From the human T2T-CHM13v2.0 reference genome, Homo sapiens, in NCBI RefSeq assembly GCF_009914755.1, contig NC_060926.1: 64,000 bases of DNA; one strand, written 5' to 3'. This document shows positions 25,605 through 38,761 of the stretch, piece after piece; the first letter of the stretch is position 1; each line of letters opens with the position of its first letter. The notes below the pieces were generated by a model. It was not told the origin of the DNA. It ran no database searches and was given only the letters and a program-made list of their open reading frames with translations. The translations under genes were made by a program, and so were the position numbers.

Positions 25605-26324
25605 AATGAAAACCAATATCATAATTCCAAATCCTCATTTAGACTTGATAGGGGTCAAGATAATGCTGAAATATACAGCTATATATTAGACTGAGTTAAT
25701 TCTAGATAAAATTTTGATAGCCTGCAGACTGTTCAGTCTGTGTTTGTCTCAATGGATATCAAATTGTTCGTTTATTTTAAAAGACTACTGCAAATACTCA
25801 CTTTTCTTATTTCCCATATTCTCAATGATCTTGGACCAAGCATTTGAATATGAGATCTTTATTGTCACACTGATCTGAAGTTTGAGGTAATTGCCTAGAA
25901 AACTCAGCCTCAAGACCTGCTGTAACTTTTGACTGTGGATATTAGAGTTAAATAAATTGAAAGTTGTCTGATAATCCTCTTCCTGTGTGACAGCTCTGTG
26001 CAGAAGCTATGATTTTGTAAAATTCATTATCTCATTTTTACTCCATTAAAATAAAATTGTGGTAATAATAGTAAATGATAAATTCAACACATAATCACTA
26101 TGTATTATTAGTTGGAATAGTCAATCAGCCAGTTAATGTAGTTCTGTCCACTGACATGCTAATGAGAACTTATGAGCCTGGGTAATTTGTATGGGCATAG
26201 GGAATAGATAAAAAGGTAGATTAAGGGAATAGTTTTAAATTTAAAAACAACAATGATAATTCCAAGAAATCGCCTAAACCTCTGAAACAATACAGTATCA
26301 TTTATGTACTTACAGGCTTATTCA

Positions 26325-27665
26325 TATTTTTAATTGACAAGTTTTAACAGTAATCATAAGGCACAATGTGATGTTTTGAGATTACACATACAGACACAAA
26401 CAGTATGGAATAAATAAATCAAGCTAATTAACATAGCCATAACCTTGCTTACCTATTATTTTTAGTGATAATGTCCTAGTTATTTGAAAATACACAATGC
26501 ATCGTTGTTGACTATAGTCACCTGATGAGCAATAGATCCCAAAACGTGTTTCTCCTGTCTATCTGAAATTTTATAGTCTTTGATTAATAACTCCTCATTC
26601 CTCCCTCCTCATGCCTGTAGCCTGTGGTAACCATCATTCTATTCTCTACTTCTGTGAGTACAACTGTATTAGAATCTACACATAAGTGAGGTCATGTGGT
26701 ATTTGTTTTTCTGTGCCTGGTTTATTTCACTTAGCATAATGTCCTTCAGCTTCATTCATGTTGTCAAAATGATGGGATTTTCTTCCTTTTTAAGGCTAAA
26801 TAGTGCTTCATTGCATAGAATACAACACTCTCTTTATCTGTTCATCTGTTGATATACATTTAGGTTGATCCCATTTCTTGGCTATTGTGAATAATGCTGC
26901 AGTGAACAAGCGAGTGCAGATATCCCTTTGACATATTGATTTCATTTCCTTTATATAAACTCAGAAGAGGAATTACAGTGTCATGTGGTAGTTCTATTTT
27001 TAGTTTTACAAGGAAGCTCCATACCACTTTTATAATGGCTGTACTAATTTATATTTCCATCAACAATATCTAAGAATTCCCATTTCTCCACATCCTCTCC
27101 AACATGTGTCTTTTATATTTCTGATAAAAGTCACTCTAACAGGTGCGAGACGATACCTTATTGTGGCTTTAATTTGCACTTTCCTAATGATTAGTGATGT
27201 AAGCATTTATTTCATGTGTTTATGGGCCATTTGAATGTCTTCTTTTGAGAAATGTTTGTTCACGACCTTTGCCCATTTTTAATCAGGTGTTCTCTTGTTT
27301 TTGAGTTGAGTTCCTCATGTATTTCAGATTTTAATCCCTTATCAGATCCATGGCTTACATTTGTAGGCTTTCTCTTCACTTTGTTAATTGTTTCCTTTGC
27401 TGTGCAGAAGCTTTTTAGTTGGAAACCATCAAACTTGTCCATTTTTGCTTTTGTTGCTTGTGCATTTACAGTCAAATCAAACAATTTTTGTCCAGACAAA
27501 TATGGACTATTTCTCCTGTGTTTTCTTTTAGTACTTTTACAGTTTCAGATCTTAAATTTAAAATTTTAATCCATTTTGATTTGATTTTTATATTTGGTAT
27601 AAGATAAGAATAAGATCTAATTTCTTCTTTTGCATGTGGATCTCCAGCTTTCCCAATACCATTTA
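26325..27665 (-). mobile_element. L1MA (5'-truncated): 3'UTR plus ORF2 C-terminal remnant
   Basis: Minus-strand ORF 27260-27499 reads AQATKAKMDKFDGFQLKSFCTAKETINKVKRKPT (L1 ORF2). Typical 3'UTR tttctgtgcctggtttatttcacttagcataatg. Confidence 0.93.
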
Positions 27666-28047
27666 CAATTTGGTATTTAGATGCAATAGAATACAATAAT
27701 TGCTAGCTGGATTAACAATGGCTTATTATATTATTTTAAAAAGGAGAAAAATGCAGATTCTTATTCATGAAGTTCACAATTACAATTACTGAGAGTAAAT
27801 AACAAAATAAAGTCCACTTTCTATTTGGAATTTAGAAAATATCACAAAAAAATTATTAGCTTAAACTGTATATACTGGTCTACTCCTGTAATGTGAATAT
27901 ATATCATTAATATGACATACATAACAAACTTTATAATCAACTGCATAGTTTTGACTGTTAAAGGTAAAAAGGAGCTTTATCTCAATTTTTTATTATTTCA
28001 TATATTTTAATTACAATAGCTGTACAATAAACATTCATGTGGCTTAA

Positions 28048-28479
<432 letters not shown>

Positions 28480-28654
28480 TGAATAAAAATAATTTCCCTT
28501 TTAAGTTATGCTGCAATATGTATTCTTGTGCATGAAATTGTAAGCTTTAGCATGCATTAGGGTATTCTTTCTTCAGGTACTTTGATTTTAGAGAGACAGA
28601 ACTATTAGACTTACTAGACATCTACTAGGGGAAGAATTTAACTGAAATAATTAT

Positions 28655-29155
28655 TATCATTGAAATGCCAGGGGTTTGGTCTAAGGCCCATTGCTTGCCT
28701 CACAGAAGTCCAATCCCTGAGACAATGAGTATTGCCAGGGAAGAAGGCTTTAACTGGGTGCTGCAACCAGGGAGACGAGAGAGCAGTCTCAAATCCATAT
28801 CCTCAATTGACTAAAATTAGAGGTTTATATAGCAGCAAAAAAAATGTAATTATGTGTAGGGAAAACAGGAATTAGTGAGGGGTATTAAAGAGGAGCTGGT
28901 CAACAGGAAGCAGTTGGTTGGTTTAGGCAGTCATGATGGGTGAGGGGGTCTGGTGTCTCACTGTCCAGATGCAGTGATCTGGTAAGTTTCAGTTCCTTCA
29001 AAATGTCTGGGTGGCCTGATAGTTGATTTCCTAAGAAAGGAACTTGGATAAGACAAATACAATTTTCTCAAGTTTTAAGACTGAGAGGGTGAATTTCTAT
29101 GTTTATATAAAAAAATCATAAATATCAGTTCTATGGGACAGTTGAGCCAGTGTCA
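28655..29155 (-). mobile_element. ERV1-class solo LTR, copy 2 (same family as 25107-25604)
   Basis: Colinear with copy 1 (gacaatgagtattgccagggaagaag, gtgatctggtaagtttcagttcctt). Perfect TSD ttat/ttat. Minus-strand TATA at 28824-28831. Confidence 0.85.
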
Positions 29156-29259
29156 TTATGATCTTCCATCTAATATCTATTTAAAATTTAAAACATGATT
29201 TCTCTAAAGAGTGAATTTAATACTATAATGCAATAGACTTACTATGAATAAAAGACAGA

Positions 29260-29683
29260 TTTTTTTATACTTAAATTCAGGGTGCATGTACAGATTTGTT
29301 ACATGAGTAAACTTGTGTCAAGGAGGTTTGTTGTACAGATTATTTTATCACCTGGGTATTAACCCTAGTACCCATTAGTTATTTTTCCTGATACTCTTTC
29401 TCCTCCCACCCTCCATCCTCCAATAGACTACAGTGTGTATTGTTCCCCTCTATGTGTCCACATGTCCTCATGAGTTAACTCCCACTTATAAGTGAGAGCA
29501 CGTGGTATGTGGTTTTCTGTTCCTGTATTAGTTTGCTAAGGATAATGGCTTCCAGCTCCATCCATGTCCCTGCAAAGGACATGATCTCGTTCTTTTTTAT
29601 GGCTGCATAGTATTCCATGGTGTATATATACCACATTTGCTTTATCTAGTCTATCATTGATGGACATTTAGCTGGATTCCATG
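29260..29683 (-). mobile_element. L1PA (older, PA13-like) 3' end, 5'-truncated
   Basis: L1P 3'UTR. TSD aaaagacagatttttt / aaaagacagcttattt. Confidence 0.9.
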
Positions 29684-29879
29684 AAAAGACAGCTTATTTA
29701 AAAAAAATAGGAGCCCATAAATTTTATCATTTACCTATTAATGAAACCTGCAAACCTGGAATTAATTAAAATACTCTTTTGTTGGTACTCATTATGCATC
29801 TTTATTTCACTGTCAAAGCCTTTACATGGCTTTTGCAAGTTCCATTGAAAGACTTGCCTTAAAAACTTATAAATTTTTG

Positions 29880-30042
29880 CCACAGCGTGTGTCACCTTCT
29901 AATGTATTTACTGTTTATTTAGGTCTTTCTCCAGTAGAATATAAACTCCATGGAGGAAGATAATTTTGTTTTGTTCACAGATATATCCCAAGTGCCTAGA
30001 AAAGTCCCTTGTACAGAGCTTGACCACAGTAAATATCTGTTA
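29880..30042 (+). mobile_element. L2 3' end
   Basis: tagaatataaactccatggagg...ttttgttcacagatatatcccaagtgcctaga. Confidence 0.8.
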
Positions 30043-30099
30043 CCTTAATCTTGGCTTGGCCTCTGCTGTCTATCTTTAGATAGTCTTCTCTTTTACGCT

Positions 30100-30670
30100 C
30101 ACACTCTATATCTTTCCATATGTGGATTTATCTTACTTCTATATTGGTGTCACTTTCATAGGCCTTTGTTGTATGGTAGCCCCAAAAACTCCAGGCTTAA
30201 CTCATCTATACAGCTACCCAGTTCCAGAGGAAATAGAGTTTCAACTTTCTAATAGCCCTAGTGTATTCTCAAGGGTATGCTTTTATTAGGCTGACTGGTT
30301 TATTTGCCCATTCCTGAGTCAGTCATTGTTATCTGGGTTATATGTAAGGAATTGAAATAGAATGCTCTAGTTATTTTGGGTGCTAATCAAAATCTGGACT
30401 GAGCAAAAGCAGGATCCCTTGGAGCTTGTTAGAAATATGGACCCTAAGGCCCCCACTCCAGACCAACTGAATCAAATTGCATATTAACTAGATTTTCTGG
30501 TGATGTGCCTTTAGTCTGTGCTCACAGATGGAACTGGAAGAGTGGGGAAGGCAATGAAACCAGCCCCATCCAAGCTGAAAGTGAAGTGGGAGTGGTTTCC
30601 CAGAGAAACTCAAGTGCTTTTACCAGAGGGCAGAATGGATGTCAGGCGTGCAAAACAACAGCTATCCAAT
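30100..30670 (-). mobile_element. Old MaLR LTR (MLT1K-like) with a nested MER5A-like fragment at ~30370-30510
   Basis: tgcccattcctgagtcagtcattg and gtggtttcccagagaaactcaagtgcttttaccagagg (MLT1); ggagcttgttagaaat...ccccactccagaccaactgaatca (MER5A). Confidence 0.6.
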
Positions 30671-30829
30671 GCAATATATGATGTGTATTAAGCAATTATT
30701 ATATTCCAGTCATTGTACTAAACCTTTTCCAGGCATTATTTATTTAGTAGTCACAATATCTTGTAAGATATTATCAGGTAGGATACCTTATCCTTCAAAA
30801 AAGATAACTCATCATCCAAAGTTTTTGTT

Positions 30830-32250
30830 GAGAAGGCAGTGAGCAAAGTGATCTGAAATATGATATCAGATAGTAATAAGTGCCATGGAAAAAAATTAAG
30901 CACGATAGAGGGATAAAGACAGACCTAGGAAGATGAGAGAAAGTGATCAATTTTGATAGGAAGGTCAGAATAAACCTGAAGAAGTAAATTTTCAGCAAAG
31001 ACTTGGACCAAGTAAAGAACAACTCATGAAAGTTGCAGGGTAACACCATTACAGACAGAAAAAAAGAAGTATAAAGCCTTGAATTGTTGAATTATGAATG
31101 AACGTGGGATGTTTGAAGAAATGTAAAGAATGAAAAAAAGTGGGGCTAGAATGAAGATGTTACTGAAACACAGGGGTTCTGTCTGTGTCCTGCTGCTTGC
31201 TGCACTGGAAGTCAATCACCAAGACAACCAGTATTTACAGGGAAGAAGGCTTTAATAGGTTGCTGCAGCCAAGGAGATGGGAAATCAGTCTCAAATTCAT
31301 CTCTTCAACTGACCAAAATTAGGGGTTGATGTAGCAGGGAAGAAATGTAACCATGTATGGGAAACTAGGAATTAGGGATAAGGAAGAGGAATTGATCAAC
31401 AAGAAACAGGTGGTTAGGCAATCATGACAGGTGAGGGGGTCTGGTGTCTCACTGTCCAGATGCGGTGATCTGGTAAGTTTCAGTTCCTTTATATTATCTG
31501 GTTGGTTTCCTGAGAAAGGAACTTAGATGAGACAAATGTAATTTTCTCAAGTTTCAAGACCAGGAGGGCCATTCTTTCATGTTTATTCAAAAGAAACCAT
31601 AAACATCACTTCTGTGGGACAATTGGGCTGGTTTCAAAGTGAGTATAAATGAATTCAAAAAGCCAGCCAAGAGCTATTTTCTAAAGGATCTTCAGGCAAT
31701 GGTTAAGACAGATTCAATTATTCTTAGTGTTATGGAAAATCACGGTACACTTTTGGTCAGGGGAGTAACATGATTTGATTTGTATTTTAAATATATTGAC
31801 TAAGGAACAGGCAATAGTGAATAAAATATAGGTAGAGGAATGTAAAATGTTTTGGGGCTAGTTAGGAGACTATTGCAATGCTAGTGTAAGCAAGAGATAG
31901 GAGAAGTTAGGACCAGGATGGTAACAGTAGAGTGGCTGAGGATATATTGTGAAGTAGAGCCAACAGGAATTACTAATGAGTTAAAAATGTATATGTGCGA
32001 GAGAAAGAAAATTATTTGTTTTTCCTTGAGAAAATCAGTGGATATTTGTGCTAGATACTGAAATGAAGAACCTTGGAGATGGAGCAAGTTGGAGAAACAA
32101 ATTTTTGACTTGTCAAATTTGAGATGCTTAGTATAGATCCCAGTAAAATTATTGGGTAAACAATTGGATAACCTACTTTGAAGAGGTTTGAGTTGCAGAT
32201 AAGAGTTTGGGGAACAAGTAAGATTACATATCAAACCATGGATCTGAATA
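30830..32250 (-). mobile_element. L2 fragment split by the LTR at 31158-31636
   Basis: Antisense L2 motifs on both sides (atatcagatagtaataagtgccatgg; caggggagtaacatgatttgatt; ctagttaggagactattgcaat). Confidence 0.8.
31158..31636 (-). mobile_element. ERV1-class solo LTR, copy 3 (same family), inserted into L2
   Basis: tgttactgaaacacagggg...gggctggtttca termini. TSD aaga/aagt. ATTAAA poly(A) signal on minus (ctttaat). Confidence 0.87.
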
Positions 32251-32254
32251 ATCT

Positions 32255-32525
32255 AATTCAGGCTCTACAGTCACTAAATCATACAGCACAAGAAAAGTCT
32301 CTCCATCTTGTAGCTGCACCCACTGGGATACAAGTCCTCCTCAGTCCCTGTGGCAAAGGAAAAGAAAGCTCTCATACTTGCTTTCCTATCTTTAAAATCA
32401 GAAGTGACATAACCCCTTTCTCTCACAGTTTGTTGGCCAGGACCAGTTAGATGTCCTTACCTAACTGCAGGGACCTGAGAAATGTGGAGGAGTACATGGA
32501 GTGTTTGTGAGGACTGTTGTCTCTT
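32255..32525 (-). mobile_element. MaLR LTR fragment (MLT1I-like)
   Basis: cagaagtgacataacccctttctctcacagtttgttggccaggaccagt...cctaactgcaggg. Confidence 0.65.
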
Positions 32526-32824
32526 AATATGTCTCACTTCTAAGAAGAAAAACATGGATTCAGAGAGAAAAAGCCATTCTCACCAAAATGTTAAGATAGC
32601 CCACCATATTTTTTTGTACATTTCTAAAGGTAATTTAGCATAATTATCTAGGATTAGAACAAAAGCAAGTTGCAGTGGAAATGCCAGGGGGCGGCTTAGA
32701 GGTGGCAGGATAAGAAGGCTTTTGCTTTATTCAGTAATCTCTATAATTCCCCATTAGCCACTTTTTGCCAAATCTGAAGTGGACAATTAATGTTTTCTCT
32801 GACCTCATATAAAATGGTATGCAA

Positions 32825-33161
<337 letters not shown>

Positions 33162-33214
33162 TCATTTCAATCAGATAACTGCTCAGAAAAACCTTCTAGG
33201 ACTTTATCTTTTAG

Positions 33215-33395
33215 AGCAGAGGTTGGCCACTGTGACCCATGTGCCAGAACCAGCTCACTGTCCATTTTTTAATGACCCAAGATCTGATTTTAAGTACTTG
33301 AGGAAAAGTCAAAAGAATAGTATTTCATGACGTGAAAATTATGTGAAATTCATATTTCATTGTCCATAAATAAAGTTTTATTGGAAAACACATGC
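33215..33395. mobile_element. MER58B-like hAT-Charlie fragment
   Basis: cagaggttggcca...gtgaaaattatgtgaaattcatatttcattgtccataaataaagttttattggaa. Confidence 0.75.
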
Positions 33396-35022
33396 ACAAA
33401 GAAACCCTTCTAGGAAGATGTTATGGAGCCAGAACTACCAAATCTTAACATGATGAAAAAGGGAGGATGTTGATATTAAATAAGCTACCTCAATTAAATC
33501 CACCCACCTCAAAAATGAAAACAGAACAGTAAAATTGACTATTGAATTAAGTCCTCTGAAGATACAGTGTTTTGCCTCCCCACCAGGCACAATGACATCT
33601 CTTTATATGATTTTGAGGAAAATGTATTCAATTATTTCAACTGTAATAATACTTAACATAATGAGAAATTCTTCTAGTGATTTATTTTTGTAAATACTAA
33701 ATTGTTTTGAGCTTCTTATTTTGAAGGTTGCATTCCGGATTGGAAGTTCTGAATAGAATTATTTCGAAAGCAAATATTTATCTGTTTAAAAAGCCCAAAG
33801 ACCTTGTTTTTTCTGCCCAAACACCAGCTAGGAAAATCAATATTTTCTCTTGGAAGGAAATGGTTTGGCTGCTTCAGCATCAGAATGCTTTCTAATAACA
33901 CTATGGCATTTAATTTTGAAAAAACAAAAGTTCTGAAGAGACAAGAAGGTCGGAGCTAGTGAATGATGAGTTTTGAGTGTTGCTGCTTTGGAAAATAGTG
34001 GCTTGGTAATGGCATTAGTTAAAGACATTTAGATTGTCTAAACACTTGCTCTATTTTAGACAACAATTGGCTGGCTTTGTTACTTGGTTGGGATAGAATA
34101 TCCTAAATACTAGGCCATTTTGTGCCAGCATGTTGCATAGTGGCCTTAAAGAAGAAAGTTAAACATTGAAATATTTTCAGAATATTCTAAGAATAATTGC
34201 TGTCTTGTCACAGTTATTACTTATTTCAATCAAATGCCAATATTAATATTGAGCAAACCAAGTTGTCGTAAAATTTTTTATAAAAATTAGTAGCATTATT
34301 ATTCCTCAACTAGAAAACATTCTTTTCTGATTTTCAGTGGAAATATTCATTTAAATATCAAATATTCTATTATGTGAAATAAAATTAATCATTTTTCATA
34401 TATACATGTGAATATATTTCTGTTCATTTGTTTGTTAGTTTCTTTACACTTAGATATTTGCTAACTTTTTCAAGGACAATGGTAGCTTAGAATAACTCAA
34501 TAAATCAATAAAAATTAAGTTTATGGTAACTAGATAGAAGTTCAAGAAAAAGAACATATGTACAGTCTATTACGTGAATTATTCTATATAAATTTCGTAT
34601 AAAATCTACAGGTGGTGAATAAGTGACTCTATAGGGAAAGTGTGAATATTAACAAAAACATTGGCACTACTAGAATTTTTTATTAAGGAGAAACAGACAT
34701 ATTACACAGCTCAGTTAAGCTTTGATTATGAGATACTAAATACCAATTTACATTTAGTTAATTAATTATTCAATCTAAGTAGTACAAGTACTTGGTGATA
34801 AATATTTGTATTTGAAAAGTCATAACCAATGGGAGAAGTGTTATTTATATCTATTTAATGTACTAATTCGATGGTAGTAAAAATCCAGTGGAGTAGCAGC
34901 TGCATATGCAATTGAATTTGCTGGAATTATGAAGAAGAAAACTGATAGCAAAGTAAATGTAGTAAAACAGTACTAAAACAAAAATAGCACAAACTGATTT
35001 GTGTTTCTCTGAAAAATTCCAG

Positions 35023-35162
35023 GTGTTGTCAAAGTGGATTATGGAGATGTGTCAGTCAGAAAAACACTAAGAGAAAATCTGAAGTGTAAGCCCTTTTCTT
35101 GGTACCTAGAAAACATCTATCCGGACTCCCAGATCCCAAGACGTTATTACTCACTTGGTGAG
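35023..35162 (+). CDS. GALNT13: GALNT13 internal coding exon (140 nt, phase 1 to 0): C-terminal end of the catalytic domain plus linker
   Basis: Acceptor ttccag| and donor GAG|gtatga. Translates (G)[46 protein letters not shown], which has the GalNAc-T family DYGD...C(K)xFxWYLxNxYP motif. [12 protein letters not shown] and RRYYS fit T13 rather than its paralog T1 (recalled as ISSRVGLRHKLQ and RHYFS). Confidence 0.97.
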
Positions 35163-35382
35163 GTATGAATTATTTATTTTGGTTAAGTTATAAATATATT
35201 TTGCAAATGGAGCAATTTCTAAGGAGCTCAGTATTTTTTATGTTATGAAAATGCTGTAAGGGATTTTTAATTAGATCTGTTTTAAACAACTTCTCATATT
35301 TCAAGGACCATGAAGTCTTCATCATAAGGAATCATAAAAATGAGCAGAAATTTTAACATTGAACAAAAAAAAAATTTTTTTA

Positions 35383-35858
35383 ACAGTTCTAAAGCTTTTG
35401 GTCATTTACGTTCTTAAAATTTACTGTGTACCCCAAACACCTTTTGTTCATGTGGGTTACAACTGTTATTAATATTTACTGTATTTAAATTAAAACTGAG
35501 AACTTTAAAACCCATTTTTTACTAATTAAACGTTATATAATAAACAATTACATGTTAATGTAAGTAACATATTTTTGAAAAGTTAATATATTTTTTCCAA
35601 GCAAAATCAAGTAATGATAAGAGAGTACCATTGATTGTATTTTTGTAAATTGCATTAATGTCTGGCTTAATAGAAGATAGCTGGATTGTCATATGTGCTT
35701 CGGTATTCCATCTATTGCTGCAATACAAGGCAGTCTATTACAATAGCCTCTAGAAAACTCTTATACACTCAGGAGAATGTGAAAGTGAAAACTGCAAGTA
35801 ATATCTTGGTACTATAACAAAAGTGGTATTGACGTTGTAGACACTCTGAGAACCATTG
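35383..35858. mobile_element. hAT-Charlie nonautonomous element (MER119/Charlie7-like)
   Basis: cagttctaaagcttttggtc...ttttgttcatgtgggtta...aatgtctggcttaatagaagatagctggatt...tgagaaccattg. Confidence 0.7.
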
Positions 35859-36185
35859 ATCTGCACCATTCTTTTCTACATATCTATTTTATCTTGAAAT
35901 ACAAAAATGACTTCATTATAACTATACAAACTGTATATAATGTATGTATAATATATAATATATTCATACTATAGATAATTATATATAATATATTCCTGTA
36001 TTCATCTCATAGATTGATGATTATATATAATATATTCCTATATAGCATATATATCTCAATTGGTCAAAACAAGAATTATATTTCCTTTATGAATTATATC
36101 CTCCATATTGATAATTTTCCACTGAATAGGAATCAAAGCTACCTTAATATTGGTTGTGATTAAAGCATTTCAAGAGCAATAAATA

Positions 36186-36499
<314 letters not shown>

Positions 36500-37634
36500 T
36501 TAGGAAATAATTATCAAGTAAACATATTCTTAGATTTAAAATGCCATTGTTGTAGACCATAATGGTAGAATATCTGAAAATGTATATGGTTTAATCTAAT
36601 ACTTTTTTGGGTCATCTGCCTTAATGCTCTGTAACTTTATAAACATATCTTACTTACAATTAACTAGAAAAAATGAAAGAAAAAAATACTTGAGGTGACT
36701 GGAACCCTAGCTGAATCGTTTTTAATGACTGATTTAAGTGCCATATTCATGCCTTATTGTCCAAGTCTCCACTTCCTCATTAGCCATGTAAATATCTCTC
36801 TATAGAGCTTGATTTACATATATTTAACTTTCATCTGAATAATGTAGTGAAAAATTTCATGTGTAATAGCATTGATTTTACCACTTTCTAAGTGTATGAC
36901 TTTAGACTAGTCACTTAGTCCCGTACCTCAAAGTATTTTTTTGTTTGTTTTTATTGGAGAAGGAGGTATTGTTGCTATCATTTTCAAATGTGTAACATCC
37001 TCATGTTGGCACTGATCTCACAGGGATTTATATTTAATGCAGAAAATATACTACAGTGCTTTTTAAAATAGAATAGTCTTTGCATGTTAGTTATTACAAA
37101 TCACTGAAGATCTCTGATAAAATATTTAATACCCTTATCACTTTATTGAAAATTTGTTTGAACATTCATGAACCTGACTATATCCTCAGAAGAAAGGAGT
37201 TTTTCTGTTCTTCTTATAAAATGTTTCTGTCACTGTTGTCAGTGGACCCAAATCATTAGTAAACATCGATTCCCTTTTCTAAAAGGAGGAATGACCAAGG
37301 GCTATAACAGGACAGAAATGAGCAAAGAGGACTTTTGGAAATCCTCTGGGGCCACCAAGGTGACTCCTGAGAAAGACTCAGGGCTCTGTAACAGAATTAG
37401 ATGTTTAGTTCCAAGTTAAAAATCCAATTTTATGCTGTCCTGCACTATATCAAGGAAACCTAATTCACTTTCTAAAATGTAAAAATAAAATATAGTGTGG
37501 GCAAATTCCTTTGTACAAACTACTGATTTCAAATTAGCTATCTTCTAAATGGATCAGGTGACCATATTTTAATCTGTAGAAATACTTTAGGAAAAGATTT
37601 TAAAGAGAGGAATTGAGCCTTTCATAGCATCTAA

Positions 37635-38095
37635 AAGAGGCAGTATGGTGTATTGAAAACATTCCAGCCCCTGAAGTCAAGCATAGGAGGGTTCAAATCC
37701 TAGCCTTACAGCTTTCATTTTGAGTGGCATTAAGTATCCTCTCTACTACCTCTGTCAACAGAATAAAGATAATAATACTGGGTTATAGTGATGACTGAAG
37801 ACATAAAACATCTAGCCCAATGCCTGGCAAGAATAGTAGCCTACCAGTAGTTACACTTATTATATCTACCATTTATTGATTTCCTATGCCAACAGTTATT
37901 CTAGGTGCTTTAGATGAATTACGTAGAAATTAGAACAACTTTCATGACTTGGATTTTATTATCGCAGGGTTAATAAGGAAACTGACACACAGAAAGTTTA
38001 TGTGCTTGGCCTATAGGTCACACAGCTAGTTAACTATTGAAGTTAGGATAAATTACGTGCTAGTCCAACACTAAGGCTCACTTTTTCTTATAACT
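37635..38095. mobile_element. Tail-to-tail MIR pair (+ at ~37635-37860, - at ~37865-38095)
   Basis: agaggcagtatggtg...gggttcaaatcctagc on +; catttattgatt...aaggaaactgacacacagaaag...aggtcacacagctagt on -. Confidence 0.7.
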
Positions 38096-38167
38096 AGAAG
38101 GAGAAATAGATGATTTTATTATATTTTAATCATTCAAAATGTTTTTATTAAATAACTAAGAGCATGA

Positions 38168-38304
38168 AGCTGAGTGTGTTGGCAGGTGCCCATGGTCACA
38201 GCTATTCAAGTGGCTGAGGCAGTAGTATGGCTTGAGTCCAGGAGTTCAAGACCAGCTGAGTAACATAGTGAGAACCCATCTCTATTTAATAAAAATAAAA
38301 AAAG
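38168..38304 (+). mobile_element. FLAM (free left Alu monomer)
   Basis: Single degenerate monomer ending gagttcaagaccagc...aacatagtgagaacccatctct plus an A-rich tail. Confidence 0.8.
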
Positions 38305-38315
38305 AACTTGAGCTA

Positions 38316-38761
38316 TGTCTTAGTCCACTAGGGCTGCTATACCAAAATACCTTAGATTGGGTAATTTATAAATAATATAAATTTATTTGTCATAGTTCTG
38401 GAGATTAGGAAGTCCAAGATCAAGGTGCCAACCGATTTAGTGTCTGATAAAGGCTTCTAGGATGGCATGTTGTCACTAAGTCCTCATATGGAAAAAGAGG
38501 CAAATGATATATCCTCACATGGACAAAGGGGCAGGACAGCTCCCTTCAACCTCTTTTATAAGGGCACTAATCCCATTCATAAGGATGAAGCCCTCATGAC
38601 TTACACACTTCCTAAAAGTCTCCACCTCTTGAATCTTCTGATTCATAGTTAGACATGTTATCTCTTGGGCCACTGGTCCTCTTGGCTGCACCTCTTAATA
38701 CCACTACAATGGGGATTAGATTTCACCATGAATTTTGGATAAAGGCATTCAGACCATATCA
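38316..38761 (-). mobile_element. MST (MaLR) solo LTR containing a tRNA-derived insert
   Basis: tgtcttagtcc...ggaagtccaagatcaaggtgcca...cattcagaccatatca. 5-bp TSD agcta/aacta. Confidence 0.88.
38631..38679 (-). pseudogene. 3'-truncated (tailless) tRNA-Arg(ACG) retropseudogene, nt 1-49
   Basis: Reverse complement ggaccagtggcccaagagataacatgtctaactatgaatcagaagattc versus recalled tRNA-Arg-ACG gggccagtggcgcaatggataacgcgtctgactacggatcagaagattc (40/49). 13-bp TSD at 38618-38630 and 38684-38696. Confidence 0.85.

Noticed and set aside
27260-27696. L1 ORF2-like peptides
   Set aside because: Frameshifted remnant of a truncated L1MA; reported as a mobile element, not a CDS.
32671-32696. tgccagggggcggc CTCF-like sequence
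   Set aside because: Lacks the conserved CC at the start of the core, and the upstream TGCAGT spacing does not fit.
35930-36050. Three copies of atatataatatattc
   Set aside because: Low-complexity AT/TA slippage with irregular spacing; not an array.
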